This document shows, piece by piece, positions 18,796 to 27,912 of a stretch of DNA of 64,000 nt (position 1 is its first letter; each line of letters begins with the position of its first letter). Both the position numbers and the translations under genes were made by a program. The notes beneath the pieces were generated by a model. It was given only the letters and a program-made list of their open reading frames with translations, did not search any database and was not told where the DNA came from. The stretch is from assembly GCA_026396015.1 (NCBI GenBank), contig JAPLXP010000003.1:105810-169809 (forward strand), read 5' to 3'. The stretch is from Candidatus Nomurabacteria bacterium. Its GTDB lineage: Bacteria > Patescibacteriota > Minisyncoccia > Phycocordibacterales > UBA9973.

Positions 18796-19998
18796 ATGTT
18801 ATTTACCTACAAAGCTATAACCAATACAAATGAAAAAAAAGAAGGCTCTGTGGAGGCTCTTTCTCGAGATACTGCTATCACTGCATTGCAGCGACGTGGA
18901 CTCATTGTCATATCTATCGAGGAATCAGGCAAGCCTAAAAATTTTCTAGAGATTAGGTTGTTTGATAATGTGCCCATGAAAGATATCGTGATAATGTCAC
19001 GTCAGATTTCAACATTGTTCGAGGCGAGTGTATCAGCATTAAAGGCCTTCAGTCTTCTCGCTGGAAATACTCAAAATCACAAATTGTCTGGTATTTTAAA
19101 TAATATCTGTGAAGATATTCAGGCGGGTACATCTATCAATGCTGCTATGGCAAAGCACCCCGATGTATTTTCTGAATTCTATACAAACATGGTCAAGGCC
19201 GGAGAGGAATCAGGTAAGATGACACAGACATTCACATACCTGGCTGACTATTTAGAACGTCAGTATCAGCTCACATCCAAGACAAAGAATGCATTGATAT
19301 ACCCAGCATTCGTCATCGGTGTATTCTTTTTAGTTATGATCTTGATGTTTACATTTATCGTCCCAAAGCTGACAGCTATGATCAAGGATTCAGGGCAGGC
19401 GATACCACCATTCACAAAAGTCATCATGGGGATCAGTGATTTGTTCGTAAGCTATGGAATCTTCATGTTGATATTTTTTGCTATAGGTGTATTTTTGCTT
19501 TATCGTTTTATGACGACAGAAAAAGGTAAATACTATATGGATAATCTGAAGATTTCTGTGCCTGTAGTAAAGAATATTTACCAAAAATTGTACCTATCTC
19601 GTATGGCAGACAATATGGATACGATGCTATCCTCTGGTATCCCTATTGTGCGGTCTATCGAGTTGACTGCTGCTGTGGTGGGGAATCGTGTGTATGCAGA
19701 AATTCTAAAAAATACTACTGAGATGGTAAAGTCTGGTAGCTCGCTATCCGAAGCTTTTGCAAAGCATGAGGAGATACCAGCAATCATGACTCAGATGATA
19801 CGTGTGGGGGAGGAGACTGGATCCCTGGGTAATATTCTCAAAACCCTAGGTCACTTTTACAATCGTGAGGTGCAGGACGCCGTAGATACTATGGTGGGAT
19901 TGATCGAGCCTATCATGATTGTGGGTCTAGGTTTAGGTGTGGGGATCCTTCTATCTGCTATTTTGATGCCTATATACAACATTGCAGGGGGTATGTAA
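18796..19998 (+). CDS. pilC: type IV pilus inner-membrane platform protein PilC (GspF family)
   Basis: 400 aa, two GspF repeats, three TM segments. Confidence 0.8.
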   Translation: MLFTYKAITNTNEKKEGSVEALSRDTAITALQRRGLIVISIEESGKPKNFLEIRLFDNVPMKDIVIMSRQISTLFEASVSALKAFSLLAGNTQNHKLSGILNNICEDIQAGTSINAAMAKHPDVFSEFYTNMVKAGEESGKMTQTFTYLADYLERQYQLTSKTKNALIYPAFVIGVFFLVMILMFTFIVPKLTAMIKDSGQAIPPFTKVIMGISDLFVSYGIFMLIFFAIGVFLLYRFMTTEKGKYYMDNLKISVPVVKNIYQKLYLSRMADNMDTMLSSGIPIVRSIELTAAVVGNRVYAEILKNTTEMVKSGSSLSEAFAKHEEIPAIMTQMIRVGEETGSLGNILKTLGHFYNREVQDAVDTMVGLIEPIMIVGLGLGVGILLSAILMPIYNIAGGM

Positions 19999-20092
19999 TA
20001 CAAAATAGGTGGATATGGTTGTCCACAGTTTGGTTTAGTTGTGTTTTTTATATCTACATATGATATAATACACGTATTACAAATTAGGTCGC

Positions 20093-20109
20093 GTCTTTTC
20101 GAAAAAGAC
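20093..20109. promoter_or_regulatory. perfect palindrome GTCTTTTCGAAAAAGAC in the pilin leader/promoter region
   Basis: 7-bp arms + 3-nt centre, 25 nt upstream of the pilin ATG. It could be an operator or a 5'-UTR stem. Confidence 0.3.
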
Positions 20110-20133
20110 ACAATTATTAGTATTTTTAAAAAT

Positions 20134-20535
20134 ATGAAATTAAATTATAAAAAAGGTTTTACATTGATCGAATTGTTGGTTGTTATCGCAATCATTGGTA
20201 TTCTTGCTTCTGTTGTTATGACATCATTGTCATCTGCAAAGACAAAGGCAAATAGAGCATCAGCTCTATCAAGTGCTGCTGGGGTAATGCCAGCAATCGT
20301 TTCATGTGCAGATAATTCAACAGCTACTGTTAATGCACCAACAAATACTTCAATTGGTGGTGGAAGTATTTGTAGTGATTCTTCTAATGTTAATTCAACA
20401 TGGCCAAGTTTAGGTTCAACAGGATATACATATTCTGTTACAAACTTCACTGCTACAACTGGTTCAACATTTAGTGTTAACTCAGCTACTGGTGCAAATA
20501 TAACTTGTAATTCTATAACTGGCTCTTGTCTATAG
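20134..20535 (+). CDS. type IV pilin, candidate major pilin (prepilin leader MKLNYKKG|FTLIELLVV); ORF-track start 20041 is an upstream in-frame extension
   Basis: Class III signal peptide with G at -1 and E at +5, hydrophobic alpha1, Ser/Thr-rich C-terminal domain. Confidence 0.8.
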   Translation: MKLNYKKGFTLIELLVVIAIIGILASVVMTSLSSAKTKANRASALSSAAGVMPAIVSCADNSTATVNAPTNTSIGGGSICSDSSNVNSTWPSLGSTGYTYSVTNFTATTGSTFSVNSATGANITCNSITGSCL

Positions 20536-20545
20536 TATGTTTTTT

Positions 20546-20578
20546 AAAAAACCACCCATTGGGTGGTTTTTTTGTTTT
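20546..20578. terminator. terminator hairpin ccaccc-att-gggtgg + T tract
   Basis: The same core ccacccaWtgggtgg recurs at 48712. Confidence 0.65.
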
Positions 20579-20605
20579 AAATTAGTATTATGTTAAAATC
20601 ATTTA

Positions 20606-21313
20606 ATGGATAAAAAGATACTTTCAGTTGTAATTCCAGCATATAATGAGTCATATACTATAGGTTTAGTTATTGAAAAAGTATTAAATTTAAAATTTAT
20701 CAATCATTGGACAATTGAGCTTATTGTTGTGAATGATGGTTCTACTGATAATACTCTTGAAGTTTTAAGAAAATATCAAGATAAAATTATTTTAATAGAC
20801 AAAAATATAAATGAGGGCAAGGGTTCTGCCGTAAAATATGGACTTAGGGTTGCGAAAGGGGATTACGTTATTATTCAGGATGCAGATTTAGAATATGATC
20901 CAGTGGATTATATGATTTTTTTGCATATGATTGATTCTGGTTATGATGTTGTTTTTGGGTCTAGGGTTTTAAATAAAAATAATATACCTTATAGTAGAGT
21001 ATATTATTATGGTGGGTTGTTATTAACGAAATTATTTAACTTTCTTTTTAAGACAAATTTTACAGATTTAGCTTCCTGTTATAAAATTTTTCCTCGAAAA
21101 TATATAAAGCAAATTATTAAAATTAAAGACAATGATTTTTCTTTTGATTTTTTGGGTATTTCTCATGTTTTGATTTTGAATGAAAAAAATATAATTGAGG
21201 TACCCATTAGATACACCCCTAGATCGTCAAAAGAAGGAAAGAAGTTAAATTTTTTTCACGGTCTAAAAATATTTTTAAGCATTATAAAGTTATATATTAA
21301 TAAATATGAATAA
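20606..21313 (+). CDS. family 2 glycosyltransferase (GtrB / DPM1-like polyprenyl-phosphate sugar synthase)
   Basis: VVIPAYNE, DGSTD and DAD(LEYD) motifs of GT-A fold GT2. Confidence 0.75.
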   Translation: MDKKILSVVIPAYNESYTIGLVIEKVLNLKFINHWTIELIVVNDGSTDNTLEVLRKYQDKIILIDKNINEGKGSAVKYGLRVAKGDYVIIQDADLEYDPVDYMIFLHMIDSGYDVVFGSRVLNKNNIPYSRVYYYGGLLLTKLFNFLFKTNFTDLASCYKIFPRKYIKQIIKIKDNDFSFDFLGISHVLILNEKNIIEVPIRYTPRSSKEGKKLNFFHGLKIFLSIIKLYINKYE

Positions 21314-22997
21314 TTTTTTACGTATTCTAAAAAATAAATTAGGCTTTTATTTAAATATTTTAAATACGAATAAATTAATATCTTATTTGTGTGTATTTTC
21401 TATATTTTTTGTCATTTTTGCTTTTACTTATATGACTACGAATAATTTATCGTCTAGCGACGATCATTATTTTCATATAAGGTTTGCAGAACAAATGCGG
21501 CAGGTAGGTTTTCTGGATTCTTTTAATAATTTTAAAGCTGTATATTTTAGTAAGAGTGCCCATGGTATATCTTATATGTATTATAATTTTTTGTTTTATT
21601 TATTGTTAATACCATTTACTTTTATTGTTCCACTATATTTAGGTATAAAGTTGTATGCTGTTTTTATTCTAGCTGTTATATCTGTTTCAATGTATTTTGT
21701 TTTCAGGTCATTAAAAATAACAAATGCCTTTCTTTGGACAGCTGGATTCTTTGCTGTTGTTGGTTTGAGTCCATTATTTAGACTTTTTTTATCACGTCCA
21801 TATGTATTAGCGCCTACTATTTTATTGTTTGTATTACTATTTTTACATAAAAAAAAATATGTTCTAGTTTTAATATCGTCTTGTTTGTATGTAATTTGGC
21901 ACGGTGCCACTTTCTTTCTACCTTTTTTTATTGGTTGTAGCTATTTTATCTCAAATATTTTATACACTCGTAAATATAATTGGAAAATTTTAATTTATAC
22001 CTTTAGTGGGGTACTAGGGGGGGTTGCTATTACTTATCTTTTTGGTCATGGATTTTTTACCTATATAAATGATGATCTAATTAGCGTACTGAAAGATTTT
22101 TTAAGTAATAAAAAGATCAATATACCAGAAGGTAATGAATTATACCCTAAGAACTTTTTTGATTTCATAAATCAAAATGTATTATTTTTCTTTTTATTTA
22201 TGGTGTCTATAGTATCTGGTTGTGTAATTTACTTTAAAAAATATACAGATAATAAAAAAGAAAACTTTAGAATTCTTGACGATTCAGATACGCTGGTGCT
22301 GTCCTTATTTTTGATTTCAACTGTTTTTTTTGTTGCAATATCTAGTTTTAGTAATCGTTTTAGTGACTTCTTTATATTTTTCGGGTGGATTTTTATTGTA
22401 TTAATTTTAAATTTAATAATTAAAAACATTAGTTTTAATACTGTAGTGGTTAAAAATGGATTTTTTTCTGGAATATTAATTGCAATGCTTTATTTGTTTG
22501 GGAATAATCTTTTGCAAATCAGGGATTTTTTTGGAAGTAACCCAAATACGTTTGTGAATATTGGTAATTATATTGATAGAAATGTCCCAAAAGGAGATAT
22601 TGTATTTGATACAAATTGGTCATGGTTTCCACAGTTGTATTACTATGCGCCAAATGTTAATTATGTAGTTGGTCTTGAGCCCAAGTTAACATATCAGTAT
22701 AATCAGGAAATTTATTGGTTGTGGTCTCATATTGGTGATGGTTATGTCTGTAATGTTGAATCATGCCAAGATAAGATGGATTCTATTAAAAAATTATCTG
22801 ATGAAAAATTTGCTAAAAAATGGAAAAAAGAGGAGGGGGATGCTATGGCTGAGATATTAATTAATAAATTTAGTAGTCATACAGTAGTAACTTCCAAGGA
22901 CTATAGAGCTTTGAATTTTGTATTACAAAATAATGATAGATTTAAGCTAGAATTAAAAGATAATAATTTATATGTGTATACTGTTTTAAACAAATAA
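21306..22997 (+). CDS. large polytopic membrane protein, candidate GT-C-fold glycosyltransferase (ArnT/PMT/YfhO-like)
   Basis: 563 aa with more than 10 TM helices, acidic DD in the first extracytoplasmic loop (SSSDDHYFHIRFAE), large C-terminal soluble domain. Overlaps the GT2 gene. Confidence 0.4.
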   Translation: MNNFLRILKNKLGFYLNILNTNKLISYLCVFSIFFVIFAFTYMTTNNLSSSDDHYFHIRFAEQMRQVGFLDSFNNFKAVYFSKSAHGISYMYYNFLFYLLLIPFTFIVPLYLGIKLYAVFILAVISVSMYFVFRSLKITNAFLWTAGFFAVVGLSPLFRLFLSRPYVLAPTILLFVLLFLHKKKYVLVLISSCLYVIWHGATFFLPFFIGCSYFISNILYTRKYNWKILIYTFSGVLGGVAITYLFGHGFFTYINDDLISVLKDFLSNKKINIPEGNELYPKNFFDFINQNVLFFFLFMVSIVSGCVIYFKKYTDNKKENFRILDDSDTLVLSLFLISTVFFVAISSFSNRFSDFFIFFGWIFIVLILNLIIKNISFNTVVVKNGFFSGILIAMLYLFGNNLLQIRDFFGSNPNTFVNIGNYIDRNVPKGDIVFDTNWSWFPQLYYYAPNVNYVVGLEPKLTYQYNQEIYWLWSHIGDGYVCNVESCQDKMDSIKKLSDEKFAKKWKKEEGDAMAEILINKFSSHTVVTSKDYRALNFVLQNNDRFKLELKDNNLYVYTVLNK

Positions 22998-22998
22998 T

Positions 22999-23580
22999 AT
23001 GAAAACAAAAAATTTTAATGCGATAGATAAGACTATAGCAAAAATGAGATTAAGAAAGGTTTCTCAGTTTGTAAATAAAGATGATGTTGTTTTAGATTTT
23101 GGTTGTGGGTATCAAGCTTTTTTCTTAAAAAGTATTAGTGATAAAATTTCTAAAGGGTGGGGTATTGATTATGAGGTAGAAAATGATGTTAGCTTTAAAA
23201 ATCTAACATTAATGAACCTTAATTACCAGGGAAATTTACCTTTTGAAGATAAAAAATTTGATAAGATTTTTCTATTGGCAGTTTACGAGCATATCCCACT
23301 TGAGAGCACTGTGTCACTTTTGATTGAACTAAAGAGGGTATTGAAAGACAATGGAAAAATAGTGTTAACTATACCAACGCCAAAAGGTAAGTCAGTAATG
23401 GAATTTTTGGCATTTAAATTAGGGGTAATTTCAAGGGCTGAAATTGCTGATCATAAAAAGTATTATTCAAAGGAGGACATTCATGGTGATGCTACTAAAG
23501 CAGGATTATGTTTGAGTTATCATCGTTATTTTCAATTTGGGTGGAACAGTCTACAGGTCTTAGAAAAGAATAATGATTAA
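22999..23580 (+). CDS. class I SAM-dependent methyltransferase
   Basis: Motif I VLDFGCGYQAFF and motif post-I/II spacing. 193 aa. Confidence 0.55.
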   Translation: MKTKNFNAIDKTIAKMRLRKVSQFVNKDDVVLDFGCGYQAFFLKSISDKISKGWGIDYEVENDVSFKNLTLMNLNYQGNLPFEDKKFDKIFLLAVYEHIPLESTVSLLIELKRVLKDNGKIVLTIPTPKGKSVMEFLAFKLGVISRAEIADHKKYYSKEDIHGDATKAGLCLSYHRYFQFGWNSLQVLEKNND

Positions 23581-23974
23581 TTTTTTCCAAAAAATAAGCA
23601 ATGTTAAATTTGTAAGGTATGTATTTTTTGGCGCAGTCGTTGCATTTTCTGTGTTTTTACTCTTATATTTACTTGTTAACATATTTAACCTATGGTATTT
23701 ACCTGCCTCGGTTATTACATTCTGTTTTGGCGTAATATTAAGTTTTTTATTACATAAATATTTTACATTTAAAGACCATGTAAATAGTAAAAGTAAGCAA
23801 TTTTATATTTTTTTTGTTTATAATATAGGAATTCTTGTTTTGAATACGCTGCTAATGTATATATTTGTTGATGTTTTTGGGTTTTGGTATATGTACTCCC
23901 AAATATCAATAACTATAATCACTGCATTTGTAAATTATCTAATTTTTAATAGGTTTATATTTAGATTTAATTAA
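23573..23974 (+). CDS. GtrA-family small membrane protein (polyprenyl-P-sugar flippase component)
   Basis: 133 aa with 4 TM. The VRYVFFGAVVAFSVFLLLYLL...KYFTFKD pattern is typical of GtrA. Confidence 0.6.
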   Translation: MINFFQKISNVKFVRYVFFGAVVAFSVFLLLYLLVNIFNLWYLPASVITFCFGVILSFLLHKYFTFKDHVNSKSKQFYIFFVYNIGILVLNTLLMYIFVDVFGFWYMYSQISITIITAFVNYLIFNRFIFRFN

Positions 23975-23998
23975 CAAAAACTACCTCTTGGGTGGTTT

Positions 23999-24511
23999 TT
24001 GTTTTTGTATTATAATAAAAAAGGTTTTACATTACTAGAGTTGCTTGTTGTCATTGCGGTTATTGGTATTTTGGCTGCTGTAATAATGGTAAGCGTTTCT
24101 AGTTCTAAAACTAAAGCACAAGTGGCAAATATAAAACAGCAATTTGATAGTATGCGATCACAATCAGATGTATATTATGCAAATAATAATGATTACGGAA
24201 CAGGGTATGCTTATTCTTCTCGTGGGGATAAGTCTGGTACTGGATCTGAAATTTGGGTAAATGATAATTGTGTTACAGATAGTGGTACTGGTATTTTTAG
24301 GCGCTCAACAACTGGTCTTGGTAATCTCATAAACGGTATTTGTAAATCTGGTGCGTCTAGTATTATCGTTGCTGTTGATACTGACCCTGCCACAAAGTGG
24401 GCTATTAAAGTAACTGGTCCGGGTTCAAATTATTTTTGTGAAGATAGCTCTGGTGTTTTGTATTTTCGTACAACTTCTGCTTATAATGTTCTTAATGGCG
24501 TTTGCTCGTAA
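23999..24511 (+). CDS. type IV pilin 2 (prepilin leader ...NKKG|FTLLELLVV); apparent TTG start
   Basis: Class III signal peptide and hydrophobic alpha1, about 150-aa globular domain. Confidence 0.7.
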   Translation: MFLYYNKKGFTLLELLVVIAVIGILAAVIMVSVSSSKTKAQVANIKQQFDSMRSQSDVYYANNNDYGTGYAYSSRGDKSGTGSEIWVNDNCVTDSGTGIFRRSTTGLGNLINGICKSGASSIIVAVDTDPATKWAIKVTGPGSNYFCEDSSGVLYFRTTSAYNVLNGVCS

Positions 24512-24553
24512 TATTTTTATACCTTTTTAAAATTAAAATGCTATAATAAATTT

Positions 24554-25363
24554 ATGTCTACACTCGCATATTTTTTTATTTTTTGTTTTGGTACCATTAT
24601 CGGAAGTTTTCTCAATGTAGTTATCTATCGTTTTAATAGTGGCAAGACTCTAGGGGGTAGGTCCATGTGTATGACATGTAGCAAGACACTGGCATGGTAT
24701 GAGTTAATACCAGTATTTTCTTATTTGTTCCAAGTTGGTAAATGTCGTTCTTGTTCTACTCGCATATCACACCAGTATCCACTGGTTGAATTATTCACAG
24801 GTGTAGTATTTACAATGATTGCGTATCATTTTTATGACATTGTCTTTGTCTCATTCAATCAGTATATATTGCTCGTATCAGTATACATGATGATATTTTC
24901 TCTACTATTGGTCATCTCTGTGTACGATATGCGTCACAAGGTGATTCCAGATCCGCTCGTTTTTGCTTTTATCGTATTTAGTTTTTTTACAATGTTCATC
25001 AGTAGTGTTCCTTTTGGCAATTTATTCGTGCAGCCTAGCATGTCTGCATTTTTGGCTGGACCGCTATACGCTCTACCATTTGCATTGATATGGTTATTGT
25101 CTCGCGGAAGATTTATGGGGCTAGGAGATGCAAAATTAATTCTTGGTATTGGTTGGATGTTCGGTATAGTCCAGGGTGGGGCAGCATTGATGTTGTCTTT
25201 TTGGATTGGTACTATTGTCAGTCTGCTGATTATATTTTTTAGTAAAATGAAATTCTCTATGAATACAGAGATTCCTTTTGGTCCGTTTTTGGCAATCAGC
25301 ACACTCATAGTATTTTTCTTTTCTTTAAATGTATTTGATTTAGCTTCTATCTTTAGTTTTTAA
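24554..25363 (+). CDS. pilD: prepilin peptidase PilD (A24 family)
   Basis: N-terminal tetracysteine CMTC...CRSC, 7-8 TM, catalytic Asp context. Confidence 0.8.
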   Translation: MSTLAYFFIFCFGTIIGSFLNVVIYRFNSGKTLGGRSMCMTCSKTLAWYELIPVFSYLFQVGKCRSCSTRISHQYPLVELFTGVVFTMIAYHFYDIVFVSFNQYILLVSVYMMIFSLLLVISVYDMRHKVIPDPLVFAFIVFSFFTMFISSVPFGNLFVQPSMSAFLAGPLYALPFALIWLLSRGRFMGLGDAKLILGIGWMFGIVQGGAALMLSFWIGTIVSLLIIFFSKMKFSMNTEIPFGPFLAISTLIVFFFSLNVFDLASIFSF

Positions 25364-25366
25364 AAA

Positions 25367-26704
25367 ATGATGAATCTTAATAATAAACAAAAGAATAGGG
25401 GAATGACTCTCGTTGAATTGATGGTCGTTCTTGCTATCATGTCTATTATTTCTGCTATTGTTGTTACTAATTATTCAGGATATAAATCTAGTAATTCCAT
25501 CAAGATAACTGCAGACGACATAGCTCTCTCTGTTCGACAAGCTCAGGCTTTTGCTATTGGTGTCAGGTCTACCTCTTCTGATGTCTTTCCTGGGTATGGT
25601 ATTCATTTTGATACGTTTGATAGTGGTTCTGTCGTGAATGTTGAAGTTTTACCAGAATGCTCTGATCACAAGGACAATGATGCAGATATGTATTTTGATA
25701 TAGGTGATCCTTCTTGTCATTCAGATTTTGATACATCAAATGCGTCCAGTTATAATCCAGATTTTAATGATGAGTCTCGTAAATCTCAATGTTCTGATGG
25801 ACTTGATAATGATGGAGATGGGTCTGTGGATATTGACGATCCGCAGTGTCATACAGACAGTGACTCTTCTAATTTTGGCTCTTATAATCCATTGTGGGAC
25901 AACGAATCTTCTCGATCTACACTGGGTACTTTTTTGTGCTCAAATGGTATAGACGATGATTCAGATGGACAGATTGATTACAATGATCCTGATTGTCATA
26001 TTGATAAAAATAATCAAAATATAAATAGTTACAACAAGACTATAAATAGTGAAGGTAATTCTACTCTGAATACTGGCTCTGGTGATGCTGGTGGAGGTGG
26101 TGTTGTTGATCCAAATATTGGTCCAGCTGCTTTTTTATTTAATAACTTGAGTAAAAAAATTGCTCAAAATATTTCTAGTGAATTAAATAATTTTTTAAAG
26201 AATACGACTCCTAGTGTTTTTGCTGATGGTGTTCTCGGTAGTATCTCGGGGAATAGTAATTCCTTTATTTTGTTTGCAGATATTCCTTGTGGTATTGGAG
26301 ATCAAAAAGGTAATAATCAGTATGATTATCCAAATACAAGTTCACCCACACCTTGTGGTGGATCTAGTGCCAGTACAGGTTATGTTTGTGATAGTTCATC
26401 TCTTGTCTCAGGGTATGAGTGTCTGAATATTTTCAATACACCTGGTACAGACAAGATCGTCGGCCTCTGTGTAAATGATGAATGCGAGAATTCCATGTTG
26501 GGTAGCAAGGGTACATTGGATATTGTATTCAACAGACCCAATCCAGATGCTAATTTTTGTTTCAGAATTTTAGGGTCTCTTTCTAGTGGTTGCAGTAATA
26601 ATTCTGCCGAGATATCCCATGCTGGTATTATTGTTCAATCAAGTATAGATGAGAGGACAAAAAAGGTGATCATTTATAGCACAGGTCAGATCAGTGTAGA
26701 ATAA
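25367..26704 (+). CDS. large pilin-like protein (prepilin leader NRG|MTLVELMVV) with three tandem Cys-bounded Asp-rich metal-binding repeats; candidate tip/minor pilin adhesin
   Basis: Class III signal. Repeats C.D..DND.DG..D..DP.CH.D.D.SN..SYNP x3 (aa 98-224). Confidence 0.65.
   Translation: MMNLNNKQKNRGMTLVELMVVLAIMSIISAIVVTNYSGYKSSNSIKITADDIALSVRQAQAFAIGVRSTSSDVFPGYGIHFDTFDSGSVVNVEVLPECSDHKDNDADMYFDIGDPSCHSDFDTSNASSYNPDFNDESRKSQCSDGLDNDGDGSVDIDDPQCHTDSDSSNFGSYNPLWDNESSRSTLGTFLCSNGIDDDSDGQIDYNDPDCHIDKNNQNINSYNKTINSEGNSTLNTGSGDAGGGGVVDPNIGPAAFLFNNLSKKIAQNISSELNNFLKNTTPSVFADGVLGSISGNSNSFILFADIPCGIGDQKGNNQYDYPNTSSPTPCGGSSASTGYVCDSSSLVSGYECLNIFNTPGTDKIVGLCVNDECENSMLGSKGTLDIVFNRPNPDANFCFRILGSLSSGCSNNSAEISHAGIIVQSSIDERTKKVIIYSTGQISVE
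25658..26040 (+). repeat. three tandem coding repeats (about 40 codons each) encoding DxDNDxDGxxDxxDPxCH motifs (MopE/thrombospondin-type-3-like Ca/metal-binding)
   Basis: ECSDHKDNDADMYFDIGDPSCHSD / QCSDGLDNDGDGSVDIDDPQCHTD / LCSNGIDDDSDGQIDYNDPDCHID read directly from the translation. Confidence 0.6.
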
Positions 26705-26707
26705 TTT

Positions 26708-27283
26708 ATGTCAGAAAAATATTTTAAAAAAAATAATGGTTTTACCTTGATTGAAATAATGGTTTCAATGTCTATTTTTATGATAGTTGTGTTGATGGCA
26801 TTGGGGGCATTGCTTGTGGTGAGTGGTACTGCAAAAAAGTCACGAGCACTACATCAAACTATGGACAATATAAATTTTGCTATGGAGAGTATGACAAGAT
26901 CATTACGAACAGGTACAGATTATAGTTGTATTGATTCTGGAGACTATGTCATATTGCCTCTATCTTATACAGCAGATTGTTCTTTTGGTGGTGATGCTAT
27001 TGCCTTTAGACCTCAAAATAGTAGCTCATCAGATACGATGTATTTGTTTGATCACGATAAATCTGTTTTGAAAAAGTGTACTATTTCTGGGTGTGTAAAT
27101 ATGACATCACCAAATGTGGTAGTAGATGATTTGAAATTCTTTGTAAAAGGAACTGGTTCATCTTTTTTGGGTGATTATACTCAGCCAAGTGTTTTTATCC
27201 GGATGAGTGGGTATGTCATGAATGGTGAAAATAAAGAGCAATTTTATTTACAGACTATGGCTTCACAGCGTAGTGCAGAATAA
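26708..27283 (+). CDS. minor pilin / pseudopilin (leader KKNNG|FTLIEIMV)
   Basis: Class III signal peptide motif. Confidence 0.6.
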   Translation: MSEKYFKKNNGFTLIEIMVSMSIFMIVVLMALGALLVVSGTAKKSRALHQTMDNINFAMESMTRSLRTGTDYSCIDSGDYVILPLSYTADCSFGGDAIAFRPQNSSSSDTMYLFDHDKSVLKKCTISGCVNMTSPNVVVDDLKFFVKGTGSSFLGDYTQPSVFIRMSGYVMNGENKEQFYLQTMASQRSAE

Positions 27284-27286
27284 TAT

Positions 27287-27910
27287 ATGTTAAATATTAA
27301 TTATAAAATTTTAAAAAATAACAAAAAAAATCCTCAAATTTTAAGGCAAGGAGGATTTACTCTACTGGAGACATTGATTGCTCTGTTGCTATTGGTTATG
27401 GTTTTGAATCCAGCTTTTACTCTGTTGTCAAATAGTCTTCTTGGTTCAAAATATGCCAAGAATCAGATGACTGCGGATTATTTACTTCAGGAAGTTGTTG
27501 ATTTTATTCGTAATGATAGAGATAGTTTTACTCAGAATAACAAGGATTGGGATGGTTTTGTTAAAAAATATGGATTGGTAGACGGGGGTATGGGTAAAAC
27601 AATCAAATCAGCTTGTGTTATAGAGACATCACCATTGAATAATGTGGTGGATTGTCAGACTATCCCAGATAACTCTGAAAGTTCCGTTCCTCCGGCCACC
27701 CTTTATTACGACAAGAGTAGTGTTTATGGTGGGTACTATACAACAAAATCAAATATTGCAAATGCAACACCTACCATCTTTAAGAGAGAAGTCCTCATGA
27801 CTCTACTCGAGGGGGATGAAGTGGATATATCAGTGACAGTGACATGGAGTGATGGTTTTTCTGAAAAAAAACGTACACTATATAGTAGCTTACTTAATTG
27901 GCAGCAATAA
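27287..27910 (+). CDS. minor pilin (PilV-like), long leader then G|FTLLETLIALLLL
   Basis: QGGFTLLETLIA prepilin cleavage/methylation motif. Confidence 0.5.
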   Translation: MLNINYKILKNNKKNPQILRQGGFTLLETLIALLLLVMVLNPAFTLLSNSLLGSKYAKNQMTADYLLQEVVDFIRNDRDSFTQNNKDWDGFVKKYGLVDGGMGKTIKSACVIETSPLNNVVDCQTIPDNSESSVPPATLYYDKSSVYGGYYTTKSNIANATPTIFKREVLMTLLEGDEVDISVTVTWSDGFSEKKRTLYSSLLNWQQ

Positions 27911-27912
27911 TA

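Noticed and set aside
23976-24005. Strong terminator between the GtrA gene and pilin 2
   Set aside because: Only a weak ACC/GGT stem (ctacctcttgggtgg) followed by a T run. It resembles the ccacccaWtgggtgg terminators but is degenerate, and it is probably leaky so that pilin 2 and pilD are co-transcribed.
25704-26426. Alternative-frame ORFs (82 aa and 70 aa) inside the large pilin gene
   Set aside because: Produced by the repetitive, codon-biased Asp/Cys repeat region. The pilin frame has the prepilin leader and full-length continuity.
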